Below, piece by piece: positions 14,201 through 21,948 of a stretch of DNA of 64,000 nt (position 1 is the stretch's first letter; each line of letters begins with the position of its first letter). The notes under the pieces were generated by a model. It saw only the letters and a list, made by a program, of their open reading frames with translations, ran no database searches and was not told the DNA's origin. A program made the translations under genes and the position numbers. Origin of the DNA: Phoronis australis. Lineage: Eukaryota > Animalia > Phoronida. The stretch is taken from NCBI GenBank assembly GCA_002633005.1, contig NMRA01000343.1, forward strand, positions 62,001-126,000, in the 5' to 3' direction.

Positions 14201-15091
14201 CACTCTAAACAATCCCTAAATCCAACGTAGTTGAGTTCTCTACTAACCTATGTTGCCGCAGAATACTCGCCGATGGAAAGTGGTGGCGACAATTGTTGAA
14301 AAACAGCACAAAACAAAAGTAGAACAGAACAGATTCGCACGGTAAACTCAACGCAAAACCAAGTGGCGGGAAACGCTTGCCTCCTAAAACGTCACTTCCG
14401 GAGTAGCGGACGAGTAATTAATAAAGTTACGAAAAGCTGTAATTAAGCGGAAAATATGTCTAGGATAACCAACCAACCTTATTTTAGCTCAAAATGACAT
14501 GAAAAAAGGTTGCCTTCGCCTTTGGAGTCACTCACACGCGCGGCGATTTCGATGGCGGCCGACATGTCGCACAAATTTTTGGCCGACAATGTGGCTCGTC
14601 TGAAACGATCTTCAATGGGCTATAAACCTACATACCCGCTAAATCACAAAACCAAACTTTGTTTTATACGACTTGACGTTGTGAAATTGGTCTCAGACTT
14701 GTTCCTTAGTCGTGGTAATTTCACAAACCAGGCTTTACATGATGGCTTGTCACATACGGCGTGATAGGTCAAGTATGGTCTCTAGGAATAACGAACTGTC
14801 AGCTCTTTAAAAACCCAGAAATTACTTCTCATCTCAGTAAGGAACAAACTGAGACCAACTTTGCAGCGATAATAATTCTAAGTAAGTAAAAAATCTCTTC
14901 TTGGAAAAACACCGGTTTATAGTCGCTTTAGTGAACGAGATTTGTCGATAAAAATGCTGAGTTTGCAGACAATTGCCACCACCCTGAAGTTAACACCAGC
15001 TTACCCCAGGATCGTATTACAAGACTGACTTACCTGTTGAAGCAAAGCTGCAAGCCACGAAGGCTAGAATTACAGTTAAAGCTAACTTCAT
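6300..15091 (-). CDS. Uncharacterised secreted alpha-helical/coiled-coil protein, 424 aa, 8 coding exons
   Basis: Minus-strand exons: 15091-15034 (MKLALTVILAFVACSFAST, signal peptide), 11662-11464, 10418-10315, 9815-9657, 8734-8544, 8038-7888, 7373-7165, 6503-6300 (TAA). All 7 introns are GT-AG, with phases 1,2,1,1,0,1,0 joining into one open frame with no stops. The ORF track shows only fragments of it. Confidence 0.85.
11217..11272. repeat. (AAT)n microsatellite
   Basis: About 18 near-perfect AAT units in an intron. Confidence 0.9.
12174..12569. mobile_element. Degenerate MITE-like element with internal short inverted repeats
   Basis: Ends ctatgcgtcccat / atgggagtgtag are imperfect inverted repeats. 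Internal ttttggttgat ... atcaaccaaaa and repeated atcaacc/ggttgat and ttcatatgaa motifs. Confidence 0.35.
13086..13880 (+). pseudogene. Frameshifted THAP zinc finger plus N-terminal fragment of a Kolobok-type transposase
   Basis: MPHCFCVPGCTN..LHRFP..RRTW, then a frameshift, then RVCGKHF..YERDL..RLKQDATPS (C2CH THAP signature with AVP-like box). Downstream: KFIVDLSKVLSLFRMCQV*G...GAQVAIQWECVAGHSGKWDS, in which a CxxC motif is broken by TGA. No DDE core remains. Confidence 0.75.
13646..13704. repeat. 29-bp-arm palindrome (1-nt loop, 1 mismatch) inside the transposon
   Basis: acaataaacttatcaaagtttggctcacc-g-ggtgagccaaactttgataaatttattgt. Confidence 0.9.
13876..14148 (-). pseudogene. Truncated KolX-like accessory ORF (P2X7 C-terminal 'ballast'-like Cys cluster)
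   Basis: YMFEPEY...RRGDTSWCKCTVCVVMPTSMECLCCSE matches the WCxCxxC...ExxCC motif. It is convergent with the transposase and cut at the deletion junction. Confidence 0.7.
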
Positions 15092-18082
15092 GGTAATGGC
15101 TCTCTGAAAGAGTTTAAGACCAATACTTTATGATCACCGATTTCTACTGACGCAAGATGACTGGTGAAAATATGACAGCTAATGAAGTCCATTACTAAAT
15201 AAAGCGATAAATAAAAAATTGACCGTTTATTTCCATTTACTTCTCAAGCCAACACCAGTGTGCATTATCTTACGGAGTAGCCTACCCGGTCAGAATTAGT
15301 CCACCTGTTACAAAATGCGATTTATTCAGATATCATCTGGCAATATTGGGCATCAAAAACAATGCCAGGTGACCATTGCTGTTTCCTATACTCGTAAAGT
15401 GTATTTTGCTGTCGATTTCCACAATATGTTTTTTGCAGTTTTTTTGGTGAGCCGACTCGTGGGCGGTCTTGCCGCATGGTGGCAGTATAAGACAAGTCTC
15501 TGCTGCTGTTGGCTGGGAATAAACGAGGCAAGGAGTCGACGCCCTTCCCGCAGGTACGGGGGCGCCTCCTTGCTCTGCTCCGGACACGACCAAAAAGGTC
15601 CCCGGCATCATCGTTTTCAAAGGGTCCGCGAACATTTTCTTCCAAAATGTCGATGACATCCTAAATTCGTCAGTGTGGCTTCCGCAGTAAATGAAAAAAT
15701 AGCTTAAAAAACCATACCCTGCTGCAATAGCCCTCCTGGATATTTAAGAATCAAGGTGCATTCATCGTCATAGTTCATTTAAAGAAATTTAAGTTTGCTT
15801 CTTCACGTAAGTGGGCATAAAAACGTGTAGACATTAGAAGATATAATCTGGATTTACACGAGCATAAATTGAAAAGATTTTAGCTAAAACGAATTAGCCT
15901 AAAATGTATTCTTTCCACATGACAAACCTGATGTGGCGAAAACGTTTTAACAGAGTTGAACAGCAGCTGCCGATCGTCGCACGAAATTTTATATTAAGCA
16001 TTATGTATTTACATGACCCAAAACAACTATATGGCACGGTACGTGAGCGTTGTTTTCTTTTCAATGGAAAAATGCAGTACTATGGCTGTGTGTGACGTGT
16101 TCATAGAAACAGTACTGACAGTAAAAATGTTTTGCTTTCACACGACGATTTGACTTAAAGGGTTCCGTCAAAACCTACAACAACAAATCGGGTTTAAAAT
16201 GTCGCAAGTTGTGGGAGTGACAACAAAACAAAACAAGCATTACGACATGCAAATATACAAACCACTTTACGCGGATTGGTGGAGCCCACACAGAATGTAG
16301 AAGATACGGACGATTAGGCCTGTTTTATGCAAGAACGCATATGTCGATTCCGTGTGTTGTTTGACTACGGGGTGTACCGAAAAAGACCTACACAATGTTC
16401 TAAAGTTCGGCAAGGCTCGTCATGTCAATGAAGTGAAACAACTGATGGCGAAATGCTAAAATGATGAATTTCGATAACTCAGACTGATGTCGAAGAACAC
16501 TGAACATGGGATGAAGACACTCTTTCAGTCATTTTCACTCCAGTCAAGTTCTCAGTCAAGTTCCCACCTTCTTTGGGGACAGAACTCAGTCACTGGGCAA
16601 AGTAGCCTACACTACTAATAAGAACATATCGTAAATTACAGTCCTCCATGGCAGCAACACGACCTGAATTCTGGAGTTCGCAGTCGTGCGAATGATGAGA
16701 TGATCGTACGTCCAATTTTTCATGATGGCCGGTTTGCCAGATGGCATATGATTCGAAGTTCGTACGTATTGCCAGCGCCGTCTTTGAAGTAAACACGACC
16801 GTGCAAGTATATTTGTGATCATCATATCCAGTAATCATCGGCTGTCGCTATTCCCTTATACCAGTGGTTTTAGGCTACTACAAGTTTTTCCCCCGGCCGC
16901 AATACGCATGCGAAATTTCCAACTCCTGACGGTGTTTCTATAAAATTGACGGTGAACCTATAATGTTCAGTTGGACATCAGATTTAACTTTATGTCCACT
17001 ACAAATGAATGAAAGAGGGGGCTTCAAAAGTTATTTATTCAAACTAAGCAGCAGGATAAATCATTCGGTATCATTTTACTCTAATCTTCGATGTCTACGG
17101 ATGTCGGAGCACACTCATGCATGGTGTCGAGTCACAAGAGATAAATTTCTGATAAATATGGGAGAAAAGGTGTGTTAAAATGGTTTGCTACTTACGGCCC
17201 CGGACTGAGTATATTACGTAGTGGAGAAGAGTTCATTTTAGATTTCGGTGATTTGTGTTATTTTTCCAGTCTAACCAAAACTTTGGACGTGGATGAAAGC
17301 CCCGCGCCGCCGGGCTGGCGGATGCAACTGAGATTCTGAGTAAATCGATCGCGATCTGTGGAGGCCTTCTGCAACGAAGACACGCTGGCCAAATAGTTCA
17401 GTAGGAGTCTACGGTCACTTGGGCCCGATATTGGGAGTCACTGATGAGATCACTCCTGTTGAGCTTCGGAGTAATCTCAGGCCGGCGGTGCATGGCACCC
17501 GGTGCTCACCGCGAATTACGTAACGGTAGTACAGTGCCGGCTAACACTAAAACAAAACTACCGATATAAATAATAACAGAACTACAAGTACTATTGGGCT
17601 TACTTATTTTTACAGCACTACAACTAATTTAAAAAACAGTGTTTGCATGATGGTGCCTGGAATTCAGTCACATTTTTTTAACACGGGACTTTCGAGTTCC
17701 CAGTACGTGTTGCACAAAGCTGGGTCTAATCGTATGTTGAATCGTAGATGAAACGAGTAAGAAGCTGGTTCAGAAAGTTGGTGAATTTATCTAACTTAAT
17801 CGCTTCTTTACAACAATGAAATGATCGAAATGGTTTGAACTCGAATGACTGCCTGTCCGGCGATGGAATTAGTCATCGGAGCCATGCTGAGCAGACCACT
17901 AATCTATTACCAGTTTTACTAACGCCGTTCTCATGACAATCTCAGTACTTAGGGAAATTTTTACTAGAGCCTTTGCATCGGTATACACATTTTTTATTCA
18001 ATAATAAATGTTCACGTATATACGGAGTAGCTTTGAACCTGTTATTGATAACGCGTTCAGTCTACGTTGGTTTTCAAACTTA

Positions 18083-18286
18083 CCAATAGATGTCAGCTTC
18101 AAACATTATGTACACACAACTAACTTAAAATTCAAGTTAATTATAGTTATCTGTTTAAAGCAAACATATTCTATATAGACCATCCAATAGCTATGTAAAT
18201 CAAACAATACACTAATTGATAAAATACCAAAGTTAACAATTAAAAGTGACAAATTTAGTTGTTAGTATGAAACACCTGTTAAATAT
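18083..18286 (+). promoter_or_regulatory. snRNA-type promoter, copy 1: distal CCAATAGATGTCAG element (-248) and PSE-like CACCTGTTAAATA (-58)
   Basis: Both motifs recur at the same spacing upstream of copies 2 and 3, while the intervening DNA is not alignable by eye. ATGTAAAT octamer variant at 18193. Confidence 0.55.
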
Positions 18287-18330
18287 ATAGAAAATGCTTA
18301 TTTATATTCAGACTGTACCGTACTAACTGT

Positions 18331-18405
18331 AATACGGACGTCCGGACGGACAATAACCCGCTGTCTGCGGGTTATTTTTGAAGAAGCTTGGTCCTTACCG
18401 GCTTC
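18331..18405 (+). ncRNA. Candidate Sm-class small nuclear RNA, copy 1 (~75 nt)
   Basis: AATACGGACGTCCGGACGGACAAT - stem AACCCGC/tgtct/GCGGGTT - Sm-like ATTTTTGA - 3' hairpin GAAGCTTGGtccttaCCGGCTTC. Confidence 0.6.
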
Positions 18406-19005
18406 ATAACGTTTAAGTGCAATGGAACTCAGACTTTGATGCATAACAGCTCCAATACTCACAAAATGCAACTGTGAATTCAGACAACTTACCAACTGAT
18501 TAAAACTTGGTGTCAAATTTTCGTTGCTATAGTCAAATTGCAGGTGATTTCTGACTTGAAAAAATGACGGTTCGCCAGAGACCCTGGGTTCTACAGTTTT
18601 GCTTGTCACTGCGGGACATTTTATACCGTAGGCCTACCAGACGTACTGTCAGTTTTTCCAAGCCTTCCCATATATGAGTTAGGAAGAAGTTGCGATGACG
18701 GTCAGTGGCCTAAACTGAAGATTCATGGCAACCGCGAGTTATAATAGCCGCTATAAAGGTGAATGACGTGATAAGAAAACAATTTAGATTTTATGAGGAT
18801 AGCACTGAACTGCGAATTCGAAAATAACGTATCGTTCGGCCCATTGAGTTGGTGATGGAAGTACAATTCTGTCACGGTGAGGAATAGTATAAGACTGATT
18901 TCGTGTGAGCAAAATAGGCCTAATCTGATTTTCGTTTTTTAGCCAGCTAAAACGGCGAAATGCAGATTTAACCAGACATTTATTTTACGTTGGTTCTTAA
19001 AATGG

Positions 19006-19209
19006 CCAATAGGGGTCAGCTAAAATAACACATAATGTAAAATCAACCTATTATTCGACAATATTCAATCCGCTGAAATGAAAGCACGTACATGCTGTAT
19101 AAAAATTGGCAATAAAAAAATGTAATGACAATTACCGCTGATGATGAATTTTGAGGCTTGTCTTGAAAATAAGAAATTTGGTTGTTTATTTTTTTCACCA
19201 GTTTAATAC
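19006..19209 (+). promoter_or_regulatory. snRNA-type promoter, copy 2: CCAATAGGGGTCAG (-248) and PSE-like CACCAGTTTAATA (-58)
   Basis: Same motifs and same spacing as copy 1. ATGTAAAAT at 19035. Confidence 0.55.
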
Positions 19210-19253
19210 ACGTTGAAGACTTGTACAATAACAGATGTCTACCATCATTTGCT

Positions 19254-19328
19254 AATCCGGACGCCGGACAGAAAACCCACCCGCTGTTTGCGGGTTCTTT
19301 TTGGAGAAGCTTGGTCCTTACCGGCTTC
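19254..19328 (+). ncRNA. Candidate Sm-class small nuclear RNA, copy 2 (~75 nt)
   Basis: AATCCGGACGCCGGACAGAAAACCC - stem ACCCGC/tgttt/GCGGGT - TCTTTTTGG (variant Sm site) - 3' hairpin identical to copy 1. Confidence 0.55.
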
Positions 19329-20220
19329 GAATTATGTCAAAACGAAGTGCAACTCCGTTTGCAGGACGACCCTCCTACTTACTGCCTAAGTTTGTGAAAC
19401 CGTTTCAGGTACAGATGTTACCCGAAAACAGCAGCCAGATCTTTTGTAGGCCTGCGGTTTTCATTGACAGTGGTAACACGTCGTACTTTCCGGCTCATCT
19501 TTTCAATTAATTATTAGAATGTTGCATAAGTCAACTAAAAATATCCCTTCTCTCACTTCATACTGTCAGATACTGTGAATGCCATCTATCTATCAGATTT
19601 CGTTGCAAAATTATCGATACTCGTTTTCACGGGACAGGTCAACCGACACCTACTGCTGAGCGCTACAAAGAGCATTCAATAACGTTTTCATTGCCTCGAC
19701 CAAATCCAATGTATAAACATTAATTAAATTTAGTTTAGCTTTTTAACATGAAGGCAGTAGTTATATCATGCAGTATAGAATGGTTGGCAGGTATGTGTAA
19801 AGTACGCAGTTTTTTGTCCTTGTACCAGTCACGACAATTAACATCGGTGCATGTGAAAAACCCTTATATGTAATGCTACGACATGTTCTGGTTGATGCTA
19901 GTGTCAGTGGGAAAACCTAGCGGTGGAACTGAACTGATGAGACACGGACTGAGAAATACCATAGATTTTTTTTAGAGATGTCTATCGTCACAGCTCGTGA
20001 GTGAACATTGGAAATGGTTAGCTAGAGTAGTCGCGATTTGAGTTCGGCCTCGGGTTGGTTCCTTAGTGTCGAGTCTCTGTTCTAACACGGCACTACAAGT
20101 TTTCCTGCGCTGCGTGTTCTTGACCACTTGTAAACTCAGAATTGTCTCAGTCAAAGCAGATTAGAATGTCCGCCTGCCGACCACCTAACCCAACAAGGCT
20201 TACCTACCGCTCAATATTTG

Positions 20221-20423
20221 CCGATAGATGTCAGTACAACAACAGAATAGTTTGCATGTAAATCAGATTTTGTAAATTATAACTCGTGCATTCAAAGTTA
20301 TTTCATACATTGTCATTAACGGGATAGTATTTAGTTAAGACAAGTAACATGGTTGTATTACTTTTGAACTCACGGGTATTATTATAATTTGTTTTGAAAT
20401 TTCTAATAACACCAGTGTAATAA
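20221..20423 (+). promoter_or_regulatory. snRNA-type promoter, copy 3: CCGATAGATGTCAG (about -247) and PSE-like CACCAGTGTAATA (about -58)
   Basis: Same motifs and spacing as copies 1 and 2. tttgcATGTAAAT octamer-like site at 20251-20263. Confidence 0.55.
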
Positions 20424-20465
20424 ACTAAATGCTTTTTATATAATAGGCCGCAGCACACTTCTCCG

Positions 20466-20546
20466 ATGCGAACAAAAAAAAAAAACTTGCAACCTGCTGT
20501 CTGCAGGTTAATTTTTGGTGAAGTTGGTCCCTTCATACCCAACTTC
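20466..20546 (+). ncRNA. Candidate Sm-class small nuclear RNA, copy 3 (~80 nt, divergent)
   Basis: ATGCGAAC(A)12CTTGC - stem AACCTGC/tgtct/GCAGGTT (compensatory C-G to T-A change versus copy 1) - canonical Sm site AATTTTTGG - 3' hairpin GAAGTTGG...CCAACTTC (covarying with copies 1 and 2). Confidence 0.6.
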
Positions 20547-20824
20547 TCTGGTGCATAATAGAATGGAGGTTAACTCTGGAGAATAAGCGTGTGTAGACTA
20601 GTGTCTGCATCAACGGTATCATTGTGATTTCGTACCTTCGGTCCTCACTCTTTCTCACATGTAGTTGTCTATTGAGGTGCTGTAGGTTTTATCGATGCTG
20701 AAGACTTTATTTCCTTTTAACCTTATTGGGTACTGTGTAGACGTAACTTCAAAACTTGCATTTATCTACCTCTATAGAGGAACAGTCCATTTTGCAGTAA
20801 ACTTTCTCGGTAAAATACTAACCT

Positions 20825-21042
20825 CATGCGCGCACCCAGGGGGCTCGAAGGACCGCCTCAGAGAAACTAAAAGTCCGTGGAAACGAGACAAAAGTCCACT
20901 ACACTAGAAAGGTGCAGACGCACAGTTCACAGTACTGAAGGTGGACTCCCGTTTTTTAGTCCTACAGCTTTTTTGTTAGCAAAATGTCCACTTGGTCAGA
21001 AATTCGAGCCCCCCCCCAAACTAAAGGCCGGGTGCCCACATG
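20825..21042. mobile_element. Short MITE with imperfect TIRs
   Basis: catgcgcgcacccag...ccgggtgcccacatg termini plus subterminal gggggctcgaa / ttcgagccccc inverted repeat. No clear TSD. Confidence 0.45.
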
Positions 21043-21145
21043 AACCATGGACCATGAGAGAAGAAAATGTCTACAAATGTGTGCCGCACAAATTAGTCAG
21101 CATTGTCATTCATCGCATTGATTGATACGCAGCATGGCTCAACAG

Positions 21146-21948
21146 TGGCACGATATAGGGTATAGTGAAAACGCGCATTTTAAAATGTGTCGGTTTTTGA
21201 CAGTGAAATCGACACATTTCGTTTCGCGACCAAAACCCGCGGAAACTTCCTAATCATGCCCGGAGTAACAAAAGTCCGCAAACCTCAAATCTCAGTCCCG
21301 TCTCCGCTCCGCCAATGAACTTACCCGTGCGCCCCCTGTCTTTAACTGGCCAGTACGGACGTGCGCCCCCTGTGTTCAATTGGCCAGTATGGACGTGCGC
21401 CCCCTGTCTTCCACTGGCCAGGCTCCGACCCGACGGCTACCGTGATTCCGCACTCCGGCGCCGATACTCATATACACATTTCTTTGAACTCGCAAAATTG
21501 TTCAACCCAACGTTTCTGAAAGCGACACAAATGGCCAATAATCGACACATTTTCTTTGAACTTAGAAANAGGGCGGAGCCCGGCGGCTGGCAGGCCGGTC
21601 TGTCCCTGCGTTGGCGGTCGTGATGCCGCGGACTAAGTGCCGACCGGCATATATATTTTATGTGCATGGTCTCCCAGTATGGCATCTGGAGCGGTTCACA
21701 TACTAAAAGGCCTGACCTGCTACCCTGCGGCCACGTATCCATTAGGCCTACGGTTGGCGGAGGACTGTCCAACTGGAAGAAGTTCGCGCCCGCTGTCCCG
21801 CTGCCAGAAAGTGACGATCCAGTAGGTGATCGCTGTTTAATCAGCAATTTTTTGCGGGTTTTTGTTGAGAAACGAATTGTGTCGATTTCACCGTCAAAAA
21901 CCGACACATTTTAAAATGCGCGTTTTCACTTTACCCTATATCGTGCCA
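21146..21948. mobile_element. Non-autonomous DNA transposon with ~95-bp TIRs
   Basis: tggcacgatatagggtatagtgaaaacgcgcattttaaaatgtgtcggtttttgac... at the left end and its near-perfect reverse complement ending at 21948. GC-rich interior, no credible ORF, one N at 21569. Confidence 0.85.
21325..21421 (+). repeat. Three tandem ~34-bp repeats inside the TIR element
   Basis: cgtgcgccccctgt(ctttaa/gttcaa/cttcca)(c/t)tggccag x3. Confidence 0.85.

Larger units (their letters stand above)
12829..14521 (+). mobile_element. Internally deleted Kolobok-type DNA transposon with ~150-bp TIRs
   Basis: TIRs at about 12829-12983 and 14363-14518 (cgaaggcaacctttttccatgtcattttgagctaaaataagg... and its reverse complement). 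The right end reads ...gccttcgcct. Contains a THAP ORF and transposase fragment (+) and a convergent Cys-rich KolX-like ORF (-). The TTAA TSD is not intact. Confidence 0.8.

Noticed and set aside
15315-15659. Three overlapping ~110-aa ORFs
   Set aside because: A by-product of a GC-rich island; no recognisable domain or consistent splice partners.
19930-19960. Hammerhead ribozyme core (ctgatga ... gaaa); also ctgatgag at about 17441
   Set aside because: No stem II at 19934, and no GAAA after the hairpin at 17441.
18331-20546. Spliced-leader RNA, U7 or standard spliceosomal snRNA identity for the three small-RNA candidates
   Set aside because: No conserved GT donor or leader. The Sm site is not the U7-type AATTTGTCTAG. 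The 5' ends lack U1/U2/U4/U5/U11/U12 signatures.
21315-21914. ORFs within the TIR element (up to 156 aa)
   Set aside because: No transposase motifs; the frames run through tandem repeats and the TIR.
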